Numbered from the stretch's first letter, positions 44,545-59,729 are shown. The stretch is DNA of 64,000 bases from the human T2T-CHM13v2.0 reference genome, Homo sapiens (GCF_009914755.1 NC_060926.1); one strand, 5' to 3'. Numbers and translations: made by a program. Notes: generated from the letters alone by a model not told the origin.

Positions 44545-44685
44545 ATTCTAATAATTTATAACTAACCATTTATAACTCTAAATATAAATATAAATATATT
44601 TAAATATACTTTTTATTTTCAATATATATTTAAATAAATATAAATATATAAAATAAATAATAATTTATAACTCTAAAAATAATTT
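44545..44685. repeat. AT-rich low-complexity tract
   Basis: Almost purely A/T, with ATTTATAACT repeated three times. Confidence 0.85.
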
Positions 44686-45411
44686 TCTGCCTTTATTCTT
44701 TCTGTGATGCTTTTCCTTTCTTCATATGGATCCAGATTTCTGACCTTTATCATTGTATTTGTGCCTAAGGAATTTTTTTTAATGTTCCTTGCAAAACAGG
44801 TCTGCTGGCAAGGAGTTTTCTATTTTTATCTGAGAATGTCTTCATTTGTCCCTTACTGTTGAATGATAATTCCACAGAATACCAAATTACCAAATTCCAG
44901 GTGATTGGGCTTTTTTTTTTTTCTTTTTCAGTGCATTAAATATTTCACTCAATTCTTTTCTTGACTGAGTGGTTTCTGATGAGAAGTCAGCTGTCATTTA
45001 AGTTAGTGATTCAGTTGAAGAGATTTTTTTTTATATTAGCCACCTTTAATTGTTTTTGACTCGGGAGAATTTTTCAATATAGCTAATCTATTATAATGAT
45101 AGAAATAAAAATCTGCATTGAGAGTTATAAATGAGATTGACTTATGTTTTTTCTTTTTCTTTCAGCTTTTTCTGTCAGTGCTAAACTGTCTTTGCAAAGA
45201 CTTTGGAAGTTATTTGTTGTTCTATAAATTCTGTAATAATAAAAATGGCACTGGCATTATTTGTACCATATAGCACAAACAAGTCCCCTGTAAAACTTTC
45301 TGCACCTTTTGCATTTGGAGGGATAAATATCAGAAGTGTTTTAAAAATGTTTCTAAATTCATGTGGAATTTTTGTTTCCTGGGATTAAATTGGACTTTGT
45401 GTTTATGTTGA

Positions 45412-45837
<426 letters not shown>

Positions 45838-48242
45838 TGAGTTTTATTTGTGGTTTACTAAATGGCCAACTTTAGTAAATGTGCATCTAACAATGAAAGT
45901 GAAGTTGCAATCTTTGTTTCAATGAATATATTTGCTTAACACATGTGGATGTTAACATAGATAATATAAGCACATTATATATTTAACTATATATGTTTAC
46001 ATTTTTCCATTTTATGAAATTCCTATACATTTTGTATCATATCATCCTGGGAAAGTATTCAATTTGAAGTTACTTTTTTGGTTGTTTGATTTCATTGTCC
46101 TCAGTCATTCATTGAAGGCTTTTAAAACATCATAACCTTGTCTTCATAACCATGGTAATAAACTGTAGGCTGCTATCATGTCCATGCATAGAGAAAAGTG
46201 TTCATAGCATAAACAGCAGGAGCCCTAGGAATCCTGACCAGGGGCCAGCAAGAGGTGACCCCAGGGCAAAGTGCATTGGAGGCCAGATGCCAACTGTGGA
46301 CTCAGTGACATCCAGCATGGATTTGTAAAGCAAATAAGAATTCCAAGAATTATTAGAGAATGGGATTCTCTTAAAAGAAAAGTTTATATGATTCTTAAGC
46401 CATTGTGATTTTTTTCATTAAAAGACTTGTAAATTCATAGTCTATTGAGGCTCAGAAGAAAACATTATGGTGATACAGTTGCCATTTACTTAATTTTCAA
46501 AATATGCTAAGTTGTTTGATATTTCTAAAATTTCTTCCGCACAATGTCTGTACCTTTTACAAAACTGTGAAATTAGGATATGTTTCACAAAATGTAACCA
46601 GAACAAAAAGTACATTAATTAGTTTGTATTTATGAATTTCCCACTCAAAGTGAATGTTGTCATTGCCAGCATGTATTTCTCCTTCTCTTCCTCCTAAAAT
46701 TTTTAGGGTTCCATCTTAGTGAAAGCTGACTATTTTAACTTTTATGATAAAAGATCAGAGAGATAGAAAAATGGAGATAAGGTTTTTAAAAATCTGTTGA
46801 GAATGGAGGAAGAGTGATGACTTGAGATGATAAAACAGATGGGAAGTGGCAAGATGCTGTTATTAATGTTGTTGAGAATACTTTGATTCACTTCAGAAAC
46901 TGAAAAATACGTCAATGATTTTTAGTTGGGGAAATGGTTTGGTTTCTGAAATGCTTTTGTTTGACTTCTAAATGATACAAACAGAACCACAGGTGTGAGT
47001 AAAATGGTTAATCCTATTTCACTATAGCAACATATTAATAAGCATTTCTGTAATATACCTAGAAAAAAAACTGAGGAGCAACTATCAGATGGCTTCTGAG
47101 AATTTGCTTAGCTCTTTGGCAACTGTTTTTTTGACTCTGGGTAGGAAAATACACAGTATTTAAAAAACAAGCGGTATTACAAATATTTAAAACTCGGAGT
47201 TATTGTATAAATTATGATGTATGTAATATTTTTAAGCCATATTGAGATTACGGAGTTCATTTCTATCAGAGAATGATGATTCAGAAAGGATGTGTTTATT
47301 TTTAAACATGCAAAAGAGAACTGCTTGTATTGTAGGATACTGCATCTTCCATGATAGCTTAAACTTTTTTTGTCTGAAATTAACAGCCAGTGGGCCATGG
47401 TTATCATATTTCAATATTAACATTCTTTTTAAGTCAGTATAGACATACAACTCAATTTTACCATAATTTTGTGCAGTCAGTTATAGCCATCATCGTTATT
47501 TCTATTAAAAATTATAATCCAAAATATTTTGCCTTTCAAGTGGGAGACTCAGAAACAATTTTATAATATAAATGCTACATTAATATTGGCCTATAATTAC
47601 AGTTTACTTTTATTTCAAATAATACTATTTCCACTAATCAGAAGCCAATTATTTGATTTATCTAATACCTAACTGTATAAATCTATAAATCATTTCTGTT
47701 TAGCAATCTTTGGAATAACATCTAATATATTTATGTTTTAATTCTCTTGATGTTGAAATTGAACTTGCTTTACAGGACTCTGTTTACTTTATTTCTAAGC
47801 CATTTTGCACATTCTATAAACTGCCTAATTACTAAAGAAAGTTTTTTATTTACAAAATTTTGAGCCCAGCTGTTTCCCATTTTTATGTTTTATGCACGAA
47901 CTTGTTTACAAGGCACAAAAATAGAATTATGTGATTCATAAGAAAATGTTTTCTTATATTCTAAAGATTGCCCAAAAATAATCATTGAACAAGGCCAACA
48001 TAGTTTCTCAGAGAAGGAAGACAAATTTATAAAGGAATATGGCCTATGTAGGTTTTTAGTGAAGCACGATTTTCTGGAATCAAGATTTTAAAACGTGTGA
48101 CTTCAATAACCTTCAGAACCAACTTCTTTTCTTGAGACAATCTGTGTGAATCTGGAAATTAGCTGCCTGTCCCTTTCTCCACCACATCCAATAAATTTTG
48201 CACTGCTATTTAGCTCCATCATTTATATGTGAATATAAGTTA

Positions 48243-48600
48243 GTGTAGCAGTGCCTTCAAGAAAAACCTGGCCATCCAGTTGCAAAAAGAACAGCTGGCT
48301 GATAGTCTTCAGCTGTTAGTATCTTCCAGATCTGCCTCAGCTTTTGAGCCAAGGCCAAGGACTTATGAGCAGTCCCAGGCAATGATTGGGCATGGTTTGG
48401 ATAGTAGGATCTGGCAGTTTTTGCAAAGTGTGAGACTTATCTGACTAGCAGTCTTTGCTCCAGAGAAAAGATTGGGCTAATTCTTTGTTACAAATGCATT
48501 ATAGTCTGAGACTCTCCCTGCCCAATCCTGCTTCCTCTATTCAGGGTATTACCTTTCAATAAATCTCTGGAACTTCTAACTTCATTTCATCATCTGACCA
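48243..48600 (+). mobile_element. LTR16C-like LTR
   Basis: CAGCTGTTAG...CTGCCTCAGCTTTTGAGCCAAGGCCA, CTGCCCAATCCTGCTTCCT, AATAAATCTCT. Confidence 0.7.
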
Positions 48601-48674
48601 TATATTATAAACTCTATATATCCACTGTCAAAAATACATTTCTAGACCTTATTTGATGAAGTAAGAGGAAAAAA

Positions 48675-48860
48675 CAAACTCTAGACTTGGAGCCAGAGGA
48701 TATGGGTTTAAGTCTTGTTTCCTAATATTTTCTAATTTTATGACTGGTAAAATTGCTTGGCCTCTCTAATGACTAGTGTGCTTATCAATAAAACAAGTGT
48801 CATAATATCTACATGCCCAGAGAATAGCTTGAGGCTAAAATGAGAGCATGCATGTAATGG
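48675..48860 (+). mobile_element. MIR SINE
   Basis: CTAGACTTGGAGCCAGAGGATATGGGTTTAAGTC head and degenerate core. Confidence 0.7.
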
Positions 48861-49329
48861 ATTTTTGAGGAATGTTCTAATGCATGGGCTTATTAAATTA
48901 ACTAAATGGCCATCAATTTATTTCTGTGTTCTTAAATCTCACTCTTATCCTATCCTGTTGACAGTAATGCACTTAAAGTATAGAGATAGGGCCAAGTGGC
49001 CGATTTCTAGATTCGTAGGAACTTTTAACATGAAAGACAGAGTCAACCTTCATTTATCTGTAAAGGTGATATTATCGTATTTCTGCAGTCTTTTAAGGTA
49101 TAATGGATATATCCCATGCAGATCTATCCAAGCAAAAAAGGCCAAGCAGAAGACTAAATGCTGAGAAATCAAACATGAAAACATGAGCTTTCTGCACTTA
49201 GATTTCTCAAAGACTAACGAGGCAATTTGCAGTGTAAACAAATGATCACAGCACAAGTTCCAGAAAGAGGTGTAACTACGCATTAGCAACCATAACAGTA
49301 TAGGAATAAGTTGATAATTAACTCTTGCA

Positions 49330-50250
49330 GGATTGAGGGGGTGATTTTATATAGGAGGTTGTATTTAATCTTAATGTGAAAAGGTAAATTAGATATTCTT
49401 CAGTCCAATAAATATAGAGTGAGGAAAATGGATTCCAAGCAGACAAACTAGCATTTCCAAAGGCCTGAAGATACAAAATAACAATTTTCTTTTGAGAACA
49501 CAATTTGTTGGTACAAATGGTGTTTGTGTCCCACAGGGGAACATGAGTACCTTAAGAGAGATGAGAGTGAAAAAAGCAAATGAGTTATGAGAGGTCCGGT
49601 GTACTAAAATAAAGTCTTTGACCTTGGTAGAGTGTGTGAGAGAGGACACCATTTTTAGGAAGAAGAGACAAAATTAGCTGCTTTTCAATTAAGAAGTTTT
49701 ACTCTGACAGTAGTGTACAAATAGGATAGAAGTGGAGGATGAAGAGGCAAAGACTATAATAATGATTCAGGTGTGAAATCAAAGTGTGGTAGTGGTAATA
49801 GCTCTATGCAAAAAAAGACAAATGTAGGCACAGAAATGACAAGTATTGTCTGCTGATAGGATGCAGAGAGGAATTGCCATAGCACAGGGAGAAGGGAGAA
49901 TCCCGAGTTGAACTTTCTTATTTATAGGTTAGGTGATTGGTTGTGAAAATGCAGGACATGGAAGATAATTTTTCTTTAAGTTTTTTTTTTTCAATTTTGG
50001 AAAGAGGGAAAGGAGTATGGGTTAGAGTTCAGTTCTGGATGTAATGAGTCTGAGTTTTCCCTAAGATATTCTAACATGTGAATTAGGATTTATTTCTCTA
50101 ACACTTAGGAGCTTTGCTGAGCTTCACCGTGCACTGAGTCCTTTAAGAGACTTCAGAATCAGCACCATGAAAGTGCTACTTAAAGCCATGTGTCTTTCGA
50201 TTTGTCTGTGGGGAGAGAGTGAGGATAAAAAGAGAACTGGGATACCACTA
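49330..50250 (-). mobile_element. L2 fragments
   Basis: GGATTCCAAGCAGA...CAAAGGCCTGAAG, ACTCTGACAGTAGTGT and GAGTTCAGTTCTGGATGT antisense L2 motifs. Confidence 0.65.
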
Positions 50251-50967
50251 TAAAAGGGAAGTATATATATAAAGGAAAAAGATCTACTTGTAACATAAAA
50301 GTTCCACTTTTTCCACACAGCAAAACTAATTTGAGAGTTTATAGCTGCCTGTTTGCTCAATGCAAAAATTCAATTACATGTGTAGAATAATGAATCTTTG
50401 CTTAATAGTACATTTTACTGAACTCATTATTTTTTCTACTATGAATTTTGATATAAACATAAGTTTAAAAATTCTATTTTATTTAATTTAAAGCTTAAAG
50501 GTAAACTGATAATGACAGCCTGTAGCTGGAGCTCCAGCTGTGGAGGAAATTCTTGGCAGCTACCAACAGTGGCCTTCAATCTTCAGGATTAGACCCATAA
50601 GTAACTCCATCTTTGTCACTGACACTTGCTTATGGTGGACTAAACTGGTACCCAAAGGAAGCAGAAATGCCTGTGTCACCCGCCCCAGCAGACAGATGCC
50701 TCCCCTTGCTCTTTATTTTGTGATGATAACATACGTAGAAAATATAATATGATTTTTCTATTTCAAGAGCAAACATCTATATGGAAGAAAGCAAATCTTT
50801 TTAGAAATAAAACAATTAAAATACAATTATCTGTACCTACAAGACTTTCTTTGTGTTTGCAAGTTAATTGCCTTCATATCATATAAGCTTATGTTGCTTT
50901 AACTATCTTTACATTGAACTCCGTTATTAGAAATTTACCTGTATCATGTCTTACAACTGGTTTCTAT

Positions 50968-52127
50968 AACAAAGACATGCAAATGGTGACCAGGTGTATG
51001 ATTGGATGGTCAATATCACTAAATATCAGGGAAATGCAAATCAAATTCATAAATATCACCTCACACTTGTTAGGGTGGGAAGAAGAAGAAGGAAAAGGAG
51101 AAGGAGAAGGAGAAAGAGAAGAAGGATATAACTTCTCTAGATACTGCCCTCTGGCAATGCCTGCTTATCTAATTATGCTGTTAAAAAACTGCACACCAGG
51201 TGTAGCAGCTCACACCTGTAATCCCAGCACTTTGGGAGGCCAAAGAATAAGAAGAGGCAGCAGCATCAGAAGAAGAAGAAAAAGAAGAAGGAGAAATAAC
51301 ATGTGTTGGCAATTCTGTGGAGAAATGGAACCTCTTCTACACTGTTGTTAGGACTGTAAATGTGCAGCCACTATGGAAAACAGTAAGGAGGTTCCTCAAA
51401 AAATTAAAAATGGAACTACTATATGATCCAGCAATCTTACTCTTGAATATATAGCCCAAAGAATTGAAATCATAAGCTTGCAGAGACATCATCACTCCCA
51501 TGTTTATTGCAACACTATTCACAGCAGCCAAATTATGGACACAACCCAAATATCCATCAGCAGATGAATGGACAGAGAGAATATGGTATATACATACAGT
51601 GGAATATTACTCAACTTTAAAAAGAAAAAAATCCTTCCATTTGCAACAATGTGGATGAATTTAAAGGACATTATGGTAAGTGAAAAAGGCCAGGCCCATA
51701 AGGACAAATACTGCGTGATTCCACCTATATGAGGCACCTAGAATAGTCAAACTGAAGAACAATAGTTACTATGGGGTGGGGGAAGGAAAAATGGAAATTG
51801 AGGAGTTGTTCGATTCATATAAAGTTTCAGTTGTGCAAGATAAATTAGTTCCAGAGTTCTGCTGTACTGCATAATGCTTATAGGCAACAATGCTGTATGG
51901 TACACTTAAAAATATGTTGAGAGTAGATCTCATGTTAAGTGTTCTTATTACAAACAAACAGAAATCAATGGAACACAAAACCTTTTTGTGGTGATGAATA
52001 TGTCTATTATCTTGATCCTGGTGATGATTTCATGGGTGTATACATATGCCCAAACTCATCAAATTGTACACATTAAATAAGTGTAATTTTGTATATAAAT
52101 TATACTTCAATAAAGCTACTAAAAATA
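50968..52127 (+). mobile_element. L1MB1/2 (or L1MA10)-like 3' portion with an internal GAA tract and insertion
   Basis: GGAAATGCAAATCAAA ORF2 end; GAGTAGATCTCATGTTAAGTGTTCTTA 3' UTR; AATAAAGCT terminus. Confidence 0.88.
51196..51243 (+). mobile_element. Alu 5' fragment (~48 bp, no body or tail)
   Basis: CCAGGTGTAGCAGCTCACACCTGTAATCCCAGCACTTTGGGAGGCCAA. Confidence 0.9.
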
Positions 52128-53750
52128 AAGATAGTAAATCACTCCCACTTTGAGTTAGTCTCTCAAACCATTGAAATTGGAATCATTAGCATACATTTAA
52201 AGTTACAGTTTAGATAGACTCAAAACGAAGGTGTCATTGCAGTGATCTCTTTTAATATGTGCTAGATATATACCTCCATTTAACCAAAAAAAGCACTGGA
52301 TTTCTCTATTTACTAGGTGCTTTTGACACATAAAATGATCCTTTTTGTGTCTTTTGCTTCTGCTAAATTGCTCATTATTTTCAAATACATTTGCCATATC
52401 ACCTACTTTCTTTGTGCTTAACATACACGCAAATTAGAAACTTATATTCTGGGTTGCTGGCAGGTCTATCTATAGTCCTGAAGTCTTCCACTGGAGGAGA
52501 AAATTGGAAGAAATAAGGTAAAATTGCACAACCTGGATACCAAAAAAGTGTAATCTGTATTCAACTTTTTTTTGCATTAACTTCTCAACAACCATGAACA
52601 ATGAACAGATCTTAACATACTAGTGTAAAAAGATGCGATTTTTAATGACATCCTTATTAGTGTTGTCTATGTAACATTTCTGAAAATGTTTCCATGTGTT
52701 TTGAAATTCCTTTAAAATAAATATTCTGGAATAATATGAAGAGAAATAAAGATACTTTTGGGAGTGGGAGGGATGCTTTGGAAATCATCACATTCCAAAT
52801 TCCCACTATCTTTTAAAGTATGACCTACATCATCTGGGGATAAAATAATATAAAGAAGCGAAAGTCTGTGAGATCACTTAAGTCTTCCTTCAAGTATCTG
52901 GAGAAGGCATCATGATCTTGCCTTACACAGCATACTCACAGTGAATAAATAAATAAGGGTGCATACCCAATATCTTATATTTTAACAGTTTTTTTTCTTG
53001 GTTTCAACCTATTTAAAATACATACATTAAAATGACAAATTAACCACTTAAAAAGTTTTTGTAACTTATCTTTCAGTAGGATGCCCAAAATGTATGACTC
53101 ATGAGAAAGGAATCTATTGCATGAAAACATTCAGGGAGTAGACATACTTACTAGAGTTTTGCTTAAGTATCAAGTCAGTTGTAATCACTTCGTAATCTAA
53201 AAATTATTTAGGGAATGCTCAACAGGTGAAATTTTAGTTTTGAGAAGACTTTGTGACAATTTTCTTGTAATTATAATTTTAAAAAATACTATCTGAACAT
53301 TTAATATCTGTTAATTATCAAAATATATTTTAAAGTATATTTTAAAAGATCTCACTGGACTATTAGAAATGAGTTAAAATATAGACAAATTTAAAAATAA
53401 AGCAAAGTGAGGCATTTAAATGATCATTTCCTATTTTTAATTTTCTGAGAAGTTAGGTAAACCTACTTTCTGTCTCACCCCCTCCCCACAATAAAATAAA
53501 TTATGTCATATTAAATAGCGAGAAGAACTAAAACATCAAATGTCAATGCAAGAGAATACATTTCTGGGCTGACAGAAACAGAATCAAGAAGAATGGTGGC
53601 CACATAGCATGGAATCAATTTATATCTGGCAATAACACTAAAAGAATAGAATTTCTTTTGTGAGATATTTTTTACATTGGGTCCAGCAATTTATGCATCA
53701 TTAGTAACATCTGTGACCACAAAAAGATCAGTTAAAGCAAGGAAGGACAA

Positions 53751-53770
53751 AGAGAGAGAGAGAGAGAGAG
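53751..53770. repeat. (AG)10 microsatellite
   Basis: Seen directly. Confidence 0.9.
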
Positions 53771-55413
53771 GTAAGAGAGAATAGAGAAAAAAGTTTTGAT
53801 TAATTCAGTTTCTTAACTACACCTCTAGTTTTTTTGTGTTGTTTTCTAGTAACACGAAGTCATAAAGGAATCTAGAGTAGGCTAGATATGTGCAAATGTT
53901 TCCACTACATATCCACATGAGTGTACTAAATACAATCATATTTACGCCCCCTTCAGTGAGGTAGAGAAAGATAGCACTTCTTTGGATGATTTGTTCGGTT
54001 ACAGGACAAGCTTGAACATGATCACTTAGTGCCTCACTCCTGTTTGTCAGGCTTTATATAAGAGCTACTTATGCTAAGAAACTATATCATGTTCATCAGA
54101 TATAAATTATGTTTGTATTGCAACATTTCTATTAAAATAGATAATATTTTCAATGTTTATGTTGTTTATATTAGGCAAATCATTGTAGTTCTTCATAAGC
54201 AATAAATGGAATGGATTATCCTGCAAGTTAAAGAGTTTTGTCTTTTCTCTTGGGCCAACTTAAATGTTAATTGGCTGTCCACACCATGAGCTTTGGTTTT
54301 GGTAGTGTCATGTTGTGGACAAAGAATTTCAGTCTGAGTCCCACCTGACTGACAAAAGCATTTTGGCTCATTCTGAATGCCTGGATGTTTTCTTTCAAAA
54401 TATTATTTCAACTGTAACCTTTCAAGGTACCAGCACTAATGCTTAAAGGAAGCATAACATTCTCCAAGGATTTCACAGAAAGAGTAACACAAAGTGTGTT
54501 CAATTAAATTTATTTACCATGATTTTAATTCCTAGTATGTGCCTACTATGTACATGAAAGTGTTTAATGCAGATTTTTTTTAAAAGTAAAATTATAATTT
54601 AAAAAAGCCCAAATACAAGATAAATTTCAAACTTTGGTAAAATAAATGTCTTCACATTTCACAGCCTTCATGTCATCATATAAAATCTGCCCCTAAAATT
54701 GATATCTGAATATTGAGGTGGTTAGTCCTTTGCTCTGAGGTATGTGAAGCGGTTCAGAAACAGAGTAGCTAACATAGTTTATTGCAGGGTAAAGATTCAG
54801 TATCTTCAGCAGCCAAAAATATTTCTAAGATTACTTCAGGATAAACCCACTGTGTATGGATTATTCTACATCGTGGCCATTTGCTGGCAATAAGAACTCT
54901 TCTCAGTTGGTGACTTAGTAATATGAGGTACTGACAGTGGCAATCAGATAGAAATGATGAAATTAGAGTTAACACTGGCACCAGCCCTCTGAATGTCAGT
55001 AGAAGAAACTTATCCTTTCTTCTCACTGCAGAAACATGACAATATTCACAAAACACACAGAGACAGACATAACATCTGCTCAGAATTATTGACATAATTC
55101 TCAATTATGTGCAAGCTACCAGAGAAGTCAGAAGGAAGTTAAATGAAAAACTTTTAGTTGTAGAAGCTACTTAGGCTCCAAAGTAAGAATCACTACTCTA
55201 TTGAAAAGTTATTTTACTAAGGGTAGAAAATTATTAGCTCTATTAATGAGGAATCTATCAACAGCATTAAAGCAGTTTATTTTAAGATTATATAGCAATT
55301 CTGCAGTGAAAATAAAGGACTGTTCTAGAAGACGAGGTATGAATTACCGTTCTTTCTGCTTACACACACACACAAACATATATGTGTGTGTAAATATACA
55401 TGGAGAAACACAT

Positions 55414-55596
55414 CCCAAAAGGTTGAGTCTCCATAAATTTGTATTTATGTGTGTGTGTATAAATATTCATGCATATATCCATATATTATATTCTACATGT
55501 CTATATTATACATATGATATATATACAATGTATATAACCCATGTTTAAAAAATTTACACACACACACACACTCCTCTAGAGACTCAAACTTTCTGG
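55414..55596. other. Imperfect inverted-repeat (MITE-like) element inside a probable MIR
   Basis: CCCAAAAGGTTGAGTCTC versus GAGACTCAAACTTTCTGG (15/18 complementary), plus inner (TG)n/(CA)n arms. Confidence 0.55.
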
Positions 55597-56969
55597 TTCA
55601 TTTTCTTCATCTATAAAATCAGAAAGCTGAACAATTGCTAGGGATTTTATGGCTATAAACATATTATTTAATAAATTGTATCGCTTTCCCTCTGGTAAAA
55701 ATGACCACTGTAGACTGGTATGAGGCTAGAAAGAAAAAGTTGTCATTTAAGAATTCTATATTTGCAGGAATCATTTTTCTACCTACCTAGTGGAAACTTT
55801 TGAAAGTATTTGATAAGAACTAAAAAATTCATAAGAATATTAATTTATTAAATGTCAAGATATAGATGTAAGAGGAGGCAGTTAATATGTCTAGAGGAAA
55901 TACAATCTTGAATAACTGTCAGGGCTGCTATAGCTGAATTTGAATAATCTGGAACAAAGCATGTATGTACTTGCCAAAAATACTAAAATTTAATAAATCT
56001 GTTAACACTGGTCTAGATGAAAGATATTTTGAGGCCTTCCACTTATGAGAACAGCCTTACATCCCACTATGTAGACAATATTTTCCTTTGATCTGCATTC
56101 TTAGTTAAGTGCATTCCTCTAGTATTTAAAATATATAAGCATGATAACCTGCTGGATAGAATGAAAAACCACAGGTAAATGCAGCCAGTCTAAATAAAAT
56201 ATATCTAAAATATATTCTCATTTTCTATCATATAGCCCTAAAACATTGACTATTCTTTTCTTCTATTAACAACATTAAGCAATACTTTTCCCATTTTCCT
56301 TTTAGACAGACTAATAGTAATTGATTGATCCATTCTAAGAAATGAAAAGGAAATCTCAGCTCCTCAGAGACTAACATCTGAAGTAATAATCAGAATAAAT
56401 CTTATAAAAGATTTCTATTTTAATTAGAATTATTTCATTTTAAATATGTATGTATCATTTATTTTCCCCCAGTTTTATCCAAACCCACAGTTATACTTTG
56501 AAATATACATATTGAGTATATATTTATTTTTAATATGCCAGTATGATTTTAGAGTAAAATTTTTCAAGGCTTACTATGTTTATAACTTGAACTTAACTTT
56601 TAAAATCTTATTGTAATAGGTAATTTGTTCTGAGTTTCTTAATGACAAGGATACTAAAAGTCTTCCGAATATTAGCTCTGGATTTTGAAGTATTGTTACT
56701 GTAAATCAGTTGAATAAAACACACAGAGGACAGACTTCCCGTTTCTTTATTATAGAGAATATGGACTTTCTGAACATGCATGAGAATTTATGCCATATAT
56801 TTTCCAAAATTGATAAGCCATGGTGACAGATAATAGAAAATGCTTGAGTATTTGTATTTTGGTATTGGGTGACAAATGTTTGGAAAAGGACTAGAGAAAA
56901 TAGTGGCTTTTTTGTAGTCTCAGGCAGGCAATAAAGACATACCTGCCCTGTTATATTTTGTTTGTTTAT

Positions 56970-57097
56970 TCTCTCTCTCTCTCTCTCTTTCCTTGCTTCC
57001 CTCCTTCCCTCCTCCCTCCCTTCCTTCCTCCCTTCTTTCCTTCTTTCCTTCCTTCCTGCCTTCCTTCTTGTTCTTTCTTTCTCTATTTCTCTCTCTC
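56970..57097. repeat. Polypyrimidine (CT)n/(TTCC)n tract
   Basis: ~125 bp almost purely C/T. Confidence 0.95.
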
Positions 57098-57289
57098 AAG
57101 ATTAATGAACAAGGGAAATGAAGACTTAGCTGTTACAGGCTATCCTTTGAACCGGGTGGGAGCAACAGGGCACATACTCCAGAATCACTGGCTGGTCTAG
57201 AATCTGCATTAGCACCAGTTCTGGTAGGTCAGACCAACTCACTCAGTCTCTCACTCTGTACTTAGGCACAATTTATACCATTCCTTTTT

Positions 57290-57445
57290 ATATTCATTCT
57301 ACCACTATTTATTGAACAAATATTATGTGTAGTATATGAGTTACTGGAGATGTTAAAGTAAAAAAAAACACATGTACTTAACTTAGTTGGTTTATATTTG
57401 AAAGAGGAGAGTTTGTAAATAAGCAATTACAAGTATAGAGCCCAT
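57290..57445 (-). mobile_element. L2 3' fragment
   Basis: ATTCATTC...TATTTATTGAACAAATATTATGTG...AAATAAGCAATTACAA. Confidence 0.6.
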
Positions 57446-58217
57446 GTGGAAAGCTGGTATTGAACATAAAACTACTTAGAGACTGGACTCAACATGTCAT
57501 CATGTCCCAACCCTTTCATCATCATCACCAAAGCAATTGCAACTCTGGAAGCATTCTGGTATGGAATGCATTTTCTTTTTCTATATCTGTAATCACTTCT
57601 TTAACAGCTGAGAGTTCTGTTTTATTTTCTAGGCCCATTATCTCTCTACTTTGTCTACTTATCCCACTTTCTCCCTTCCTCCTCTCTAACATCCTTTATA
57701 GGCTCAGGTGATTTTGTGCTGGCCCTCAACTTGCATCTGCCACTCAACAACAGTAAAAAAGTGGCCAGGCCTAAGGAATCTTCCTTTAGGAATATTTCTT
57801 CAACTTAGGATCATCTCAGGTCATAACTCTAGCAACTTCTAAGTAAACGTTCTGTCTTTTAAGGGCAGGGGCTGAATTCTCTTGCTAAGAAAATTAGACT
57901 TTCTTTGTCCTGGTAACATAAAACAGCAAGATACTTGCTTTTATAAAGGTGGGTGGAAAATGAAATAGAAGATTTAGTCATTCCTGGAACAATCAGGGAG
58001 GACTTCATCGAGGAGGTAGCCATTGAATTGAGATTTCGTGGTTGAATAACAGTAAAAACTATCTAGGCCATTGTCTCCAGCCTTCTTCCTTCCTCTGAAC
58101 CACTTTCCACCCCCAATACAGCCCTGCTTCTCCTTTCATCTCTCAACTAGCTGACCATGTTTGTCCCCTCTCAAGCAAACTCATACACTTATGGCCCAGA
58201 TTTTATTTTTTCCTGGC

Positions 58218-58513
<296 letters not shown>

Positions 58514-58822
58514 TCGCCGGCTTAAAGTGAAAAACGGAACAAAACTCAGAGTTTCTTCAAATGACCATGGTGTCATGGGTGTGGAATGCTATGTATGTGT
58601 TTGGAGATGTAGCAGGAGATGGTAGAAAGGGCAAAATAGAAGACCACAGGGAGGGACATGTTGAAGTGTCAGAGGCAAAGGCACAGAGGACTTGTGGAGT
58701 TAAGTAAAATATTTGCCTTTCACATGTGTCAGTGACTTATGCATAAAGATTTGGCCATGGAATAGGGAACATTGCCAACAAATCCGAATAACCAAAAAAT
58801 ATATTAAAAATAATGGTAATTT

Positions 58823-59135
<313 letters not shown>

Positions 59136-59729
59136 TTATGTAGACTGTTCCATTTTTTCTAGTTACTCTGATGAATATAATGCATATACAAAGCACTAAA
59201 TGCCATAGTAATTTTTTAACAAGTTTTGTTTAATCTTAAAAGTAATTTTTAAAAAATTCTCAATACCTTCAGTAGTACCATTCAACATCAAACTAGTCAT
59301 TATATGTGCCTATCTTAATTTTACTATCTCATATTTAGGAATCTGGATTTTCAGAAAAGAAATACCAGAGAACAATTATTCATCTTATTAAGGATTCATT
59401 CAAGAATTCCATTAAATCGTAAGCTCCTCTAGGAATTTACAAAATTTGCATTTATTTGAAACTTTTTAAGGGAGAAATTTGTTATAAAAACCGGAAACAC
59501 GTGATGCTATGTTTTCCTACAATTTCCAGACAATATTTAAGTATTAGTCTTATGTAATGTGCACAAGAAATGCCAACTCCTCAATGAGATATTTTTCAAC
59601 CCATCAGAGTTGGAATTAGTCTTTCTCCTTCCTGTGCTTTCATTAAACTTTTATTTTTTGACCTCTTTTAATGTTTACCTCCTTTTATCCTTCTATCCAT
59701 GTTTGTTTTACACATGCTGCCTCCCCAGG

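Noticed and set aside
46190-46330. Small GC-richer island, possible exon or old LTR
   Set aside because: No ORF, convincing splice pair or recognisable repeat termini, so I cannot support a call.
50914-51351. 145-aa ORF with acidic and Arg-rich (NLS-like) stretches
   Set aside because: Non-ATG start; a chance read-through of L1, GAA repeats and an Alu fragment.
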